Origin: the human T2T-CHM13v2.0 reference genome, Homo sapiens
Assembly (NCBI RefSeq): GCF_009914755.1
Contig: NC_060943.1
Direction: 5' to 3' (one strand)
Length of the DNA stretch: 64,000 nt
Part shown: in pieces, positions 24,520 to 39,444 of the stretch
Layout: every line of letters begins with the position of its first letter
Position numbering within the stretch: the first letter of the stretch is position 1
Notes under the pieces: generated by a model
Told to the model about the DNA's origin: nothing
Seen by the model: the letters and a program-made list of their open reading frames with translations, nothing else
Databases searched by the model: none
Position numbers and translations under genes: made by a program

Positions 24520-26097
24520 TGATCCACCCGCCTCAGCCTCCCAAAGTGCTGGGATTACAGGTGGGAGCTACTGTGCCCGGCCAGAAATGGAGATTTTTGT
24601 TCTTCTTTTGATGAGACGGAACCTCGCACCGTGGCCCAGGCTGGAGTGCAGTGGAGTGACCTCGGCTCACTGCAAGCTCTGCCTCCTGGGGTCATGCCAT
24701 TCTCCTGCCTCAGCCTCCCATAGAGCTGGGACTACAGGCGCCCGACACCACGCCCAGCTAAGGTTTTTGCATTTATTATTTTTTTTTTTTGTAGGGACAG
24801 TCTTTCACCGTGTTAGCCAGGACGGTCTCGATCTCCTGCCCTCGTGATGCACCCGCCTGAGCCTCCCGAAGTGCTCGGATTACAGGCATGAGCCACCATG
24901 CACGGCCCAGAAATGGAGATTTTTGAGCAAACACATTAAAGAAAAGAAACGCAAATAGACGAAACTCATTTTAACATTTTTATTTAACCCAAGGAATACA
25001 GATATAATCAACACCAATACAATTGATGTCACAGTGATGACTAAGATACATGCTACAATCCTTCATTCTCAGATGCAAAATCTAGTATGTGTTTTACAGC
25101 AAACGTCAGTTGGAAACTGAACGTCGATCACACATGCTTGATGTGCATGTCAATTTCATGAGAGTTACAATCTCAGGAGAAGTCTCACATAGCGTAAGAG
25201 TCCAAACATACCTTCAAGTGTTTCGACAAGTTCTTCACTACTCATTCTTAGAACTGAATTTACCAACAACAATCCCAGCCTATTCATTGCTGAACTGCAT
25301 CCCATTGAAAGAATGGGTCACAGTTCCTCTCTCTAGACACTGTGGAACGACATTGAAGGCCCTTCCATCTTTTGGCGATTGTGAGGACAGGTGCTAGAAG
25401 CCTCTGCCCTCAGCCTTGTCCACGTGAGTTCTAATTCCTTTAGAACAACTATCTCAGGGTGGGAAAGATGGTTCCAATGCTAAGTGCCTATTGCATTGAT
25501 TATGAATCAATGAAACTCTTTCTCCCTGGGGGTTGTCCCAGTTGGATTCCAAGCAGCACTGTCAGAGTGTTCCAGCTTCTCCACATGCTCCGCAGCCCTT
25601 GGGATGGTGAGTGATTGTCACGGTGGCTTCTGGGAGAGCTTCTTGGTTGTGGTTGAAGGTGTATTTGACGTGCATTTCCCCAGGGGAGGGACAGTGAACG
25701 CTTTTTGAAGTGGTTCTTTACATCCCCTTTGAGGAAATGTCTGCTCAAGTCTCTGGCTGGGTTTTGAACAGAATCATTTGTTTGTCCCATTGGAGTTTTG
25801 ACAACTCTGTGTATTCTGAGTATGAGCAGTCCTTGCACGTATATGAGATTTGCAAATATTTTGTGCCCCAATCTCAAGGTTGCTCTTTGATACAAATCAA
25901 GAGCATCTGAGGCAGAGCAAAGGTTCAGGTGAGAGGACGGAGCATTTCTCCACCTCTCCAGCATGCGCAGCATCTCTCTCCTCCGAGATGCCGAGACATG
26001 TGTGCAGGGAGACACCATGAAAAAGCAGGTGTGCTTCATTCTGAATAGAGCGTCTCTGATTCCCGTCTGGTGCCTGAGGGTGCATGGCCCATGAGCC

Positions 26098-28491
26098 TTA
26101 GAAGAGACGTCTTCGGGCCTTGCACGTTGGCCTCCATAGAAACTTGTGGCAAATTCTGGGCTCCGGACTGGGTGATGGAGGTAGAGGTCTGAGGGCAGAG
26201 GTGGGCAGGGGCTCCAGGCCGTGGAGATCCAAGTGGAATTCTTCAGGCAGAGCCTGTCTCCAGGGACTAGGCTTGGGCATTTGGGATGAGCCCTGGGGGA
26301 CGGCCGCTCTGTAGTCAGGTTTGAGGTAGAGGACACGCCAGGAAGAAGGGCTGACTCCATGCACAAGGTTTGCTGGGGGTCCCATCAGGGGCAGGAAGCC
26401 TTGGGGAGCCTCACCCTCTTCTACTGAAGGCGCCACACACACATTCTCTGCTCTCTGGGCTCTCACAGATCCATTTTCAATGTCAATCTCCCAGACAGTC
26501 TCTGTACTAGTGAGCAGGAGCCAGCGGGCATGGGCAGGGTACAAGAGATCCTTCAGGGACATCAGAGTTGCTCAGGGACCACCAGGAGCTGCACATTGAG
26601 GAGGCTGAGTCGCAGGGCTCCCTGTGGGTCCAGCCCCAGGAACTCCTGCCCCAGGCGCAGGTGCAGGACCATTCCTGGTTCCAAGACCGCGATGATCATC
26701 TTCCTCTGGGGAAGCTGTGGGCCCTGGGGGAGAAAAGCCGTGGGTCAGTCATTGTCCTCTGAGGGTGGCTCAAACAGGGAGAGAGCAAGGCGGGGAGCTG
26801 CCAGTAACTTCCCCAGGCATAAATGAAACCCCGCAGGGACACCCAGAATTGGCACCTGTATTGACGCCCCTTGGGACGGTGATTTCCTGCAAGTCCCCTA
26901 GGGCCTGGAGCTCAGGCAGACCTGTCTCACCCACGCCCACCTAGGTGGTGTGACCTTACCTGGGGCAGCTCCAGGGGCAGCTGTGCAGGGTGGTGGGGAG
27001 CTGGCTGTACCGGAGCTGGTTCTGCACCTGTGGAGAGAGCAGAGTGTGCAGGTGAAAGCCCTTGTCATGCAGGATGCCCTTGAGGGTTCAAGGTGCCACC
27101 GTGAGAAAGACCAAATACAGAAGAAGCCAGGTACAGGACACCCAGCCACGGAGCTGCAGGAGGAAGCTCCCGACACTCTGGACAGCACAGCTGCTCGCCT
27201 CATGACGTGACGGGACACTGGCTTGGTAGCAGGGGACTCAGGATGAAAAAGAGAAGATGCCTCACCTGGATGAGGACCCAGCTCCTCCACTTTCTGGCGT
27301 TTTGGGGCATTTGATGGCGTGCCGCTGGAGCTGTAGGACAGAGAGACACAGTCAGATTTCGGGCAGTTCCCTAACGTCCAATTCCCTGAATCCCCACAAA
27401 TTCACTCCACTTCCCTGCCTTTCATTCAAGGCCACAGACTCGTCATCCACTTCCTGTGAGACCTGCTCCCAATCTGTCCTAACTCCCAGCTGTTCTTGTT
27501 CTCACCCCATCTACCTGAGCTTCCCTGGGTGAAGAAAAGGCAGGGAAGGAGGGTCGGTGCCCACAGGGAGCAGTTTACCCTTTCAGGAGCTCATGCAGAT
27601 GAGAGTTGGAAAACTCTCCTTGGGTGTGAGGAGCTGGAGAAAGATGTTGAGATCCCGGAGAGGTGGCACCTCTGTCTACACAGGTAACAAAGGAATGGGG
27701 TCTTAGGATTCGAATCACAGCAGGAGAAGAGGAAGGAATTTGTCGGGCATGACGGCATGCGCCTGTAATCCCAGCACTTTGGGAGGCCAAGGTCGGAGGA
27801 TTGCTTGAGTCCAGGAGTTTGAGAGCAGCCTGGGCAACATGGTGAAAGCTAGTCTCCACTAAAAATACTAAACATTAGTGGGTCATGGTGGTGCATGCCT
27901 GTGGTCTCACCTACTCAGGAGGCTCAGGTGGGAGGATCACCTGCGACTCAGAGGTGGAGCCCGCAGTCAGCTAAAATCACGCCACTGCACTCCAGTGTGG
28001 ACCATCGGAGTGAGACGCTGTCTCAATAAAATAAATCAGTAAATAAGACAAATAGAAAAATTAAAAATGAAAAAAGGAGGAAACTGTTTTATTTTTCCTA
28101 GTAGATCTTGAAACTCTCACATCATGTCCTACAATCTCCCTTCTTGCAGAACACAGAACCCATTCCCTGTGGAGCTGGTTGGGTGGATTGAAAGTGGGGC
28201 TGCCCTGAGATATGTGTGTGGTTGCGATGTAGAAGCCTTCCCAGCACCCTGTGATGACTTACGGGCACCTCACTTCCCTCTGGCCCCAAATTCAAAACAT
28301 CCAATCTCATGGCAGGTTCATGCACCCTTTTCCCTTCCCCTCTCTCCAACACACACCCACACATCCCACAGGCAGGTCACCCCGCAGGCGTCCCCAGCAC
28401 ATAGCAAAGCTCACCCGCTCTCTCCTGCGTGGTCGCTCTTGGATTCGGTGCAGGAATCACTGGGGCTTCTTGGGCGCCGGGAACCTTTCAT
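26098..28491 (-). pseudogene. PRR23D-like copy 4, frameshifted/truncated (123 aa); exons 28491..28415, 27330..27266, 27027..26960, 26723..26098
   Basis: Reads gggacatcagagttg versus gggacatcaagagttg in all other units. This 1-bp deletion near 26564 turns CTC TTG ATG into CTC TGA (stop at 26564..26562). Confidence 0.8.
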
Positions 28492-29264
28492 GGTGAAAAT
28501 TTCCAGGGTTCTCCAAGTCAGCCACTGCCAGTGTTTGTCTGTCTCCTGCAAAGATTTCTTCTTGGCTCCCGAATCCTTTAGTTCCTTTGAGAGAGTGGTG
28601 TCAGCCCCAAAGCTGCTCCCGAAGGCTTGGGTTGTGTAGCGACGGGGCTGTGGCCAGCGGCAGGTGGATGAGGCTCTGACAACTGAGCTCTTGGGGGAAT
28701 CTTGTACACTGTCAGCAGGGGGTGGAGCCAGGGGATTTGTCAGCAGGAACTGATGTGATTGGCTGTTCCTGGTATGACAACGGGAGGGGCCCTCATGGAG
28801 GATTGGGGCGTAACTCAATCCATAGATGACCGATCAACAGAACCTGCCTAATCCCATCAAGAGCCAACCTGTTTCCTGTCCCCTCCCATCCTCTAGGTCT
28901 TGCCTAATAATGATAGACACTTTCTGTCATACCCAATTCATCCATCGCTGAAATAGTTTTTCATGTGTGCCTTTTATATTTTCATGCAATAAAAATATGT
29001 TAATTTTCACGGTGGCCATCCTGGGGAATGCTATGTACATGAAATGAAGTGTCAAAGGAGCAGAAGCAGAAGGAAATTCACAAGCTTCTCTGAGCGTCTC
29101 TGCTTCAATTCCTGCCATGTTTCCTAAATATGTTGGCTTCTTTCTTCCTACCCAAGTAAGAAGGTGCTTCAGAAGATCAATCTTATGGCATTTGACAAAC
29201 CCTGCTGAGAATTTCAGGATGACACGAAGGAACCTTTGATTGGATTTGTGGATGTGCCTGTGAA

Positions 29265-29310
<46 letters not shown>

Positions 29311-30801
29311 GCCAGGATGAAGTGGCTGTTCCTGGGGTGGAGACCCTTCTTTCTCTTGAGAATGTTCATTGCTGTTGACTCATTGTGGGTTTTGGAGATA
29401 TTTTCTCTCTTTCTTTCGTTCTTTCAGACATTTTTTGCTTTCTCCCTCCCTGGATCCTAACCCCCCTCCATCCCCCCCCTCACTCCCTCCCTCCTTGTTT
29501 CCATCCTTCCTCCCTCCCTTCCCTCTTTCCTTCCTTCCTGCCTTCTTCCCTTCCCCTTCCCCTCTTCCTTCTGTCCTTCCTTCCTGTGTGTAAAAGAAAA
29601 ATTGGTGAATAGAAGAATAATTGAATAACTGCCTGAGTCACTTATACATTTCTCATCTCACTCTGGGGACACAGAAGACCGTGTTGTACTCATCTCCTCG
29701 ATTTTAAAAACAGTCATTCTAAAATCAAGGATTCTAGATGTATCACTTCTAGGCGAAATCTTGAAAGAAAATGTGTAAGAGTTTCATGTGCTCTTCATCT
29801 CTATGATCACAATTGAAGAAGGCAGGAGGTTGAGATGCTGCATCGCCAAGATCGTGGTGATTCCATTATCATTACCCTTGTAACTTGTGAGCATCCTTAC
29901 TGCCAGCAATCATTATTAGATATGGAATCTGATATAGGAGTTCATATTTACTGTATGAATATCTTGGTGTGGGAGTGTTGGCTCATGCCTGTAATCCCAG
30001 TGCTTTGGGAGGCAGAGGCAGGAGGCTCGCTTGAACCCAGGAGTTCGAGACAAGCCGGAATAGCATGGCGAGACCCTCGTCTCTACAAAAATGTAAAAAT
30101 CAGCCAAGTGTGCTGGTAGGTGCCTGTAGTCTCAGCTCCTTAGGAGGCTGAAGTGTTAGGATCGCTTTCGCCCGGGATGTAATGGCTACAGGGAGTCGAG
30201 ATCTTGCCACTGAACTTCAGCCTGGGCAACAGAGCAAGACTCTCTCTCAAAAATAAAATGCTTTTTCCTTTAGGCTTAAATTCTAACACTCAAACCTCCA
30301 AAGCGGAGGTATTAGGAGGTGGGGCCCTTGGGAGATGATGAGATTATGAAAGTGGAACCCTCGTAAATGGGATTAGTGCCCTTCTGAAAGTGACGGAAGA
30401 GAGCTCGCCAGCACCTTCCATGTGGGGAGACAGGGAGGATATGACAGTCTCCAACCTGGAAGAGGGTCCTCACCAGACCCCGATCATGCTGGCACTCTCA
30501 TCGTGGACTTCCGGCCTCCAGAACTCTGATCAACAAATGTGTGTTCTTAAAGAAAAAAAAAGTGTGGAAAGCAATGTTAATGTTCCCAATCACTTTGAGT
30601 ACATTCTTTCCTTAACTATGTCTTAATGCATAGTTGTGTTGGATGGCCTAGTTTGTAATGTTAGAATATGCATGTTAGTGAATTAATAAATACAGCAGTA
30701 AAGAATAGAGTTGTGGTTGGGAATGGTGTCTCACGCCTGTAATCCCAGCACAATGGCATGCCGAGGCGGGTCAATCACCTGTAGTCGGGAGGTGGAGATC
30801 A

Positions 30802-30981
<180 letters not shown>

Positions 30982-31774
30982 CTAAATTCTATATCAAAAA
31001 ATTAAAAAAAAAAAAAAGAAGGCTGTTTGTTGACCATTTGAGTGGCCAGTCTTGGTGCTTCCTGGTGGGCGAGGAGAGCCCTACCCCATTCCTACCCATT
31101 CCAGTAGTCATGGCATAAGAGTGATTCTCACTTTCTGCTATAGCCTCCTTATCCATTGGCTGAAATGATTCTTTTTTAATATGTCTTATAAATGCTTCCA
31201 TAGCAAAAAAAATTGAATTGACTTTTATAGGGACTCTTTCGGGGATTGTTACCCATCATTCCATAATTTGTTTGTACTCCTAGAAAAGGGAAGTATGCCG
31301 AGCACAGTGGATATTTCGTCTCAAATAATAAATAAATAACCAAATAGAAAAGAAAGAAAAGGAAGTAAAGGGAAATATACAAATATACAAGGTGTTAGGA
31401 GAGAGTTGCTAATCGTGATTCCCCCTTAATTGTCCAAACAGACCACCTCTGGGGATCTATTCGTAAAAGACTCGTTAGAAGTGCAGACTCATGCATTTGA
31501 GAATCACTCAGGGAAATCTGAAGATGACCTGTGGTGGGGGTGTAAATGGATACTTAAATGTGTCTTGTGATTGTGTGAGAGTGTGACTGTGTGTTTGTGT
31601 GTGTGCTGTCATCTGTGGAGTGGGGGATCCTCTTTTGCCTTGAGAAAGCTCATCTCTGTCCACTTACTCTGGGCTCTACCATCTGTGCCTTGTATCCAGT
31701 AGAAATAAAACAGTTTGCGGCAGAAATGGAGTTTTATTTTATTTTACTTTACTTTTTATTAGGATTATTTGTAG

Positions 31775-31975
<201 letters not shown>

Positions 31976-33553
31976 TGATCCACCCGCCTCAGCCTCCCAA
32001 AGTGCTGGGATTACAGGTGGGAGCTACTGTGCCCGGCCAGAAGTGGAGATTTTTGTTCTTCTTTTGATGAGACGGAACCTCGCACCGTGGCCCAGGCTGG
32101 AGTGCAGTGGAGTGACCTCGGCTCACTTCAAGCTCTGCCTCCTGGGGTCATGCCATTCTCCTGCCTCAGCCTCCCATAGAGCTGGGACTACAGGCGCCCG
32201 ACACCACGCCCAGCTAAGGTTTTTGCATTTATTATTTTTTTTTTTTGTAGGGACGGTCTTTCACCGTGTTAGCCAGGACGGTCTCGATCTCCTGCCCTCG
32301 TGATGCACCCGCCTGAGCCCCCCGAAGTGCTCGGATTACAGGCATGAGCCACCATGCACGGCCCAGAAATGGAGATTTTTGAGCAAACACATTAAAGAAA
32401 AGAAACGCAAATAGACGAAACTCATTTTAACATTTTTATTTAACCCAAGGAATACAGATATAATCAACACCAATACAATTGATGTCACAGTGATGACTAA
32501 GATACATGCTACAATCCTTCATTCTCAGATGCAAAATCTAGTATGTGTTTTACAGCAAACGTCAGTTGGAAACTGAACGTCGATCACACATGCTTGATGT
32601 GCATGTCAATTTCATGAGAGTTACAATCTCAGGAGAAGTCTCACATAGCGTAAGAGTCCAAACATACCTTCAAGTGTTTCGACAAGTTCTTCACTACTCA
32701 TTCTTAGAACTGAATTTACCAACAACAATCCCAGCCTATTCATTGCTGAACTGCATCCCATTGAAAGAATGGGTCACAGTTCCTCTCTCTAGACACTGTG
32801 GAACGACATTGAAGGCCCTTCCATCTTTTGGCGATTGTGAGGACAGGTGCTAGAAGCCTCTGCCCTCAGCCTTGTCCACGTGAGTTCTAATTCCTTTAGA
32901 ACAACTATCTCAGGGTGGGAAAGATGGTTCCAATGCTAAGTGCCTATTGCATTGATTATGAATCAATGAAACTCTTTCTCCCTGGGGGTTGTCCCAGTTG
33001 GATTCCAAGCAGCACTGTCAGAGTGTTCCAGCTTCTCCACATGCTCCGCAGCCCTTGGGATGGTGAGTGATTGTCACGGTGGCTTCTGGGAGAGCTTCTT
33101 GGTTGTGGTTGAAGGTGTATTTGACGTGCATTTCCCCAGGGGAGGGACAGTGAACGCTTTTTGAAGTGGTTCTTTACATCCCCTTTGAGGAAATGTCTGC
33201 TCAAGTCTCTGGCTGGGTTTTGAACAGAATCATTTGTTTGTCCCATTGGAGTTTTGACAACTCTGTGTATTCTGAGTATGAGCAGTCCTTGCACGTATAT
33301 GAGATTTGCAAATATTTTGTGCCCCAATCTCAAGGTTGCTCTTTGATACAAATCAAGAGCATCTGAGGCAGAGCAAAGGTTCAGGTGAGAGGACGGAGCA
33401 TTTCTCCACCTCTCCAGCATGCGCAGCATCTCTCTCCTCCGAGATGCCGAGACATGTGTGCAGGGAGACACCATGAAAAAGCAGGTGTGCTTCATTCTGA
33501 ATAGAGCGTCTCTGATTCCCGTCTGGTGCCTGAGGGTGCATGGCCCATGAGCC

Positions 33554-35952
33554 TTAGAAGAGACGTCTTCGGGCCTTGCACGTTGGCCTCCATAGAAACT
33601 TGTGGCAAATTCTGGGCTCCGGACTGGGTGATGGAGTTAGAGGTCTGAGGGCAGAGGTGGGCAGGGGCTCCAGGCCATGGAGATCCAAGTGGAATTCTTC
33701 AGGCAGAGCCTGTCTCCAGGGACTAGGCTTGGGCATTTGGGATGAGCCCTGGGGGACGGCCGCTCTGTAGTCAGGTTTGAGGTAGAGGACACGCCAGGAA
33801 GAAGGGCTGACTCCATGCACAAGGTTTGCTGGGGGTCCCATCAGGGGCAGGAAGCCTTGGGGAGCCTCACCCTCTTCTACTGAAGGCGCCACACACACAT
33901 TCTCTGCTCTCTGGGCTCTCACAGATCCATTTTCAATGTCAATCTCCCAGACAGTCTCTGTACTAGTGAGCAGGAGCCAGCGGGCATGGGCAGGGTACAA
34001 GAGATCCTTCAGGGACATCAAGAGTTGCTCAGGGACCACCAGGAGCTGCACATTGAGGAGGCTGAGTCGCAGGGCTCCCTGTGGGTCCAGCCCCAGGAAC
34101 TCCTGCCCCAGGCGCAGGTGCAGGACCATTCCTGGTTCCAAGACCGCGATGATCATCTTCCTCTGGGGAAGCTGTGGGCCCTGGGGGAGAAAAGCCGTGG
34201 GTCAGTCATTGTCCTCTGAGGGTGGCTCAAACAGGGAGAGAGCAAGGCGGGGAGCTGCCAGTAACTTCCCCAGGCATAAATGAAACCCCGCAGGGACACC
34301 CAGAATTGGCACCTGTATTGACGCCCCTTGGGACGGTGATTTCCTGCAAGTCCCCTAGGGCCTGGAGCTCAGGCAGACCTGTCTCACCCACGCCCACCTA
34401 GGTGGTGTGACCTTACCTGGGGCAGCTCCAGGGGCAGCTGTGCAGGGTGGTGGGGAGCTGGCTGTACCGGAGCTGGTTCTGCACCTGTGGAGAGAGCAGA
34501 GTGTGCAGGTGAAAGCCCTTGTCATGCAGGATGCCCTTGAGGGTTCAAGGTGCCACCGTGAGAAAGACCAAATACAGAAGAAGCCAGGTACAGGACACCC
34601 AGCCACGGAGCTGCAGGAGGAAGCTCCCGACACTCTGGACAGCACAGCTGCTCGCCTCATGACGTGACGGGACACTGGCTTGGTAGCAGGGGACTCAGGA
34701 TGAAAAAGAGAAGATGCCTCACCTGGATGAGGACCCAGCTCCTCCACTTTCTGGCGTTTTGGGGCATTTGATGGCGTGCCGCTGGAGCTGTAGGACAGAG
34801 AGAGAGACACAGTCAGATTTCGGGCAGTTCCCTAACGTCCAATTCCCTGAATCCCCACAAATTCACTCCACTTCCCTGCCTTTCATTCAAGGCCACAGAC
34901 TCGTCATCCACTTCCTGTGAGACCTGCTCCCAATCTGTCCTAACTCCCAGCTGTTCTTGTTCTCACCCCATCTACCTGAGCTTCCCTGGGTGAAGAAAAG
35001 GCAGGGAAGGAGGGTCGGTGCCCACAGGGAGCAGTTTACCCTTTCAGGAGCTCATGCAGATGAGAGTTGGAAAACTCTCCTTGGGTGTGAGGAGCTGGAG
35101 AAAGATGTTGAGATCCCGGAGAGGTGGCACCTCTGTCTACACAGGTAACAAAGGAATGGGGTCTTAGGATTCGAATCACAGCAGGAGAAGAGGAAGGAAT
35201 TTGTCGGGCATGACGGCATGCGCCTGTAATCCCAGCACTTTGGGAGGCCAAGGTCGGAGGATTGCTTGAGTCCAGGAGTTTGAGAGCAGCCTGGGCAACA
35301 TGGTGAAAGCTAGTCTCCACTAAAAATACTAAACATTAGTGGGTCATGGTGGTGCATGCCTGTGGTCTCACCTACTCAGGAGGCTCAGGTGGGAGGATCA
35401 CCTGCGACTCAGAGGTGGAGCCCGCAGTCAGCTAAAATCACGCCACTGCACTCCAGTGTGGACCATCGGAGTGAGACGCTGTCTCAATAAAATAAATCAG
35501 TAAATAAGACAAATAGAAAAATTAAAAATGAAAAAAGGAGGAAACTGTTTTATTTTTCCTAGTAGATCTTGAAACTCTCACATCATGTCCTACAATCTCC
35601 CTTCTTGCAGAACACAGAACCCATTCCCTGTGGAGCTGGTTGGGTGGATTGAAAGTGGGGCTGCCCTGAGATATGTGTGTGGTTGCGATGTAGAAGCCTT
35701 CCCAGCACCCTGTGATGACTTACGGGCACCTCACTTCCCTCTGGCCCCAAATTCAAAACATCCAATCTCATGGCAGGTTCATGCACCCTTTTCCCTTCCC
35801 CTCTCTCCAACACACACCCACACATCCCACAGGCAGGTCACCCCGCAGGCGTCCCCAGCACATAGCAAAGCTCACCCGCTCTCTCCTGCGTGGTCGCTCT
35901 TGGATTCGGTGCAGGAATCACTGGGGCTTCTTGGGCGCCGGGAACCTTTCAT
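33554..35952 (-). CDS. PRR23D-like protein copy 5, intact, P252T; join(35952..35876, 34787..34723, 34484..34417, 34180..33554)
   Basis: Same structure; shares the g>t variant (33637) with copy 3. Confidence 0.85.
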
Positions 35953-36725
35953 GGTGAAAATTTCCAGGGTTCTCCAAGTCAGCCACTGCCAGTGTTTGTC
36001 TGTCTCCTGCAAAGATTTCTTCTTGGCTCCCGAATCCTTTAGTTCCTTTGAGAGAGTGGTGTCAGCCCCAAAGCTGCTCCCGAAGGCTTGGGATGTGTAG
36101 CGACGGGGCTGTGGCCAGCGGCAGGTGGATGAGGCTCTGACAACTGAGCTCTTGGGGGAATCTTGTACACTGTCAGCAGGGGGTGGAGCCAGGGGATTTG
36201 TCAGCAGGAACTGATGTGATTGGCTGTTCCTGGTATGACAACGGGAGGGGCCCTCATGGAGGATTGGGGCGTAACTCAATCCATAGATGACCGATCAACA
36301 GAACCTGCCTAATCCCATCAAGAGCCAACCTGTTTCCTGTCCCCTCCCATCCTCTAGGTCTTGCCTAATAATGATAGACACTTTCTGTCATACCCAATTC
36401 ATCCATCGCTGAAATAGTTTTTCATGTGTGCCTTTTATATTTTCATGCAATAAAAATATGTTAATTTTCACGGTGGCTATCCTGGGGAATGCTATGTACA
36501 TGAAATGAAGTGTCAAAGGAGCAGAAGCAGAAGGAAATTCACAAGCTTCTCTGAGCGTCTCTGCTTCAATTCCTGCCATGTTTCCTAAACATGTTGGCTT
36601 CTTTCTTCCTACCCAAGTAAGAAGGTGCTTCAGAAGTTCAATCTTAGGGCATTTGACAAACGCCGCTGAGAATTTCAGGATGACACGAAGGAACCTTTGA
36701 TTGGATTTGTGGATGTGCCTGTGAA

Positions 36726-36779
<54 letters not shown>

Positions 36780-38269
36780 GCCAGGATGAAGTGGCTGTTC
36801 CTGGGGTGGAGACCCTTCTTTCTCTTGAGAATGTTCATTGCTGTTGACTCATTGTGGGTTTTGGAGATATTTTCTCTCTTTCTTTCGTTCTTTCAGACAT
36901 TTTTTGCTTTCTCCCTCCCTCGATCCTAACCCCCCTCCATCCCCCCCTCACTCCCTCCCTCCCTCTTTCCATCCTTCCTCCCTCCCTTCCCTCTTTCCTT
37001 CCTTCCTGCCTTCTTCCCTTCCCCTTCCCCTCTTCCTTCTGTCCTTCCTTCCTGTGTGTAAAAGAAAAATTGGTGAATAGAAGAATAATTGAATAACTGC
37101 CTGAGTCACTTATACATTTCTCATCTCACTCTGGGGACACAGAAGACCGTGTTGTACTCATCTCCTCGATTTTAAAAACAGTCATTCTAAAATCAAGGAT
37201 TCTAGATGTATCACTTCTAGGCGAAATCTTGAAAGAAAATGTGTAAGAGTTTCATGTGCTCTTCATCTCTATGATCACAATTGAAGAAGGCAGGAGGTTG
37301 AGATGCTGCATCGCCAAGATCGTGGTGATTCCATTATCATTACCCTTGTAACTTGTGAGCATCCTTACTGCCAGCAATCATTATTAGATATGGAATCTGA
37401 TATAGGAGTTCATATTTACTGTATGAATATCTTGGTGTGGGAGTGTTGGCTCATGCCTGTAATCCCAGTGCTTTGGGAGGCAGAGGCAGGAGGCTCGCTT
37501 GAACCCAGGAGTTCGAGACAAGCCGGAAGAGCATGGCGAGACCCTCGTCTCTACAAAAATGTAAAAATCAGCCAAGTGTGCTGGTAGGTGCCTGTAGTCT
37601 CAGCTCCTTAGGAGGCTGAAGTGTTAGGATCGCTTTCGCCCGGGATGTAATGGCTACAGGGAGTCGAGATCTTGCCACTGAACTTCAGCCTGGGCAACAG
37701 AGCAAGACTCTCTCTCAAAAATAAAATGCTTTTTCCTTTAGGCTTAAATTCTAACACTCAAACCTCCAAAGCGGAGGTATTAGGAGGTGGGGCCCTTGGG
37801 AGATGATGAGATTATGAAAGTGGAACCCTCGTAAATGGGATTAGTGCCCTTCTGAAAGTGACGGAAGAGAGCTCGCCAGCACCTTCCATGTGGGGAGACA
37901 GGGAGGATATGACAGTCTCCAACCTGGAAGAGGGTCCTCACCAGACCCCGATCATGCTGGCACTCTCATCGTGGACTTCCGGCCTCCAGAACTCTGATCA
38001 ACAAATGTGTGTTCTTAAAGAAAAAAAAAGTGTGGAAAGCAATGTTAATGTTCCCAATCACTTTGAGTACATTCTTTCCTTAACTATGTCTTAATGCATA
38101 GTTGTGTTGGATGGCCTAGTTTGTAATGTTAGAATATGCATGTTAGTGAATTAATAAATACAGCAGTAAAGAATAGAGTTGTGGTTGGGAATGGTGTCTC
38201 ACGCCTGTAATCCCAGCACAATGGCATGCCGAGGCGGGTCAATCACCTGTAGTCGGGAGGTGGAGATCA

Positions 38270-38449
<180 letters not shown>

Positions 38450-39243
38450 CTAAATTCTATATCAAAAAATTAAAAAAAAAAAAAAAGAAGGCTGTTTGTT
38501 GACCATTTGAGTGGCCAGTCTTGGTGCTTCCTGGTGGGCGAGGAGAGCCCTACCCCATTCCTACCCATTCCAGTAGTCATGGCATAAGAGTGATTCTCAC
38601 TTTCTGCTATAGCCTCCTTATCCATTGGCTGAAATGATTCTTTTTTAATATGTCTTATAAATGCTTCCATAGCAAAAAAAATTGAATTGACTTTTATAGG
38701 GACTCTTTCGGGGATTGTTACCCATCATTCCATAATTTGTTTGTACTCCTAGAAAAGGGAAGTATGCCGAGCACAGTGGATATTTCGTCTCAAATAATAA
38801 ATAAATAACCAAATAGAAAAGAAAGAAAAGGAAGTAAAGGGAAATATACAAATATACAAGGTGTTAGGAGAGAGTTGCTAATCGTGATTCCCCCTTAATT
38901 GTCCAAACAGACCACCTCTGGGGATCTATTCGTAAAAGACTCGTTAGAAGTGCAGACTCATGCATTTGAGAATCACTCAGGGAAATCTGAAGATGACCTG
39001 TGGTGGGGGTGTAAATGGATACTTAAATGTGTCTTGTGATTGTGTGAGAGTGTGACTGTGTGTTTGTGTGTGTGCTGTCATCTGTGGAGTGGGGGATCCT
39101 CTTTTGCCTTGAGAAAGCTCATCTCTGTCCACTTACTCTGGGCTCTACCATCTGTGCCTTGTATCCAGTAGAAATAAAACAGTTTGCGGCAGAAATGGAG
39201 TTTTATTTTATTTTACTTTACTTTTTATTAGGATTATTTGTAG

Positions 39244-39444
<201 letters not shown>

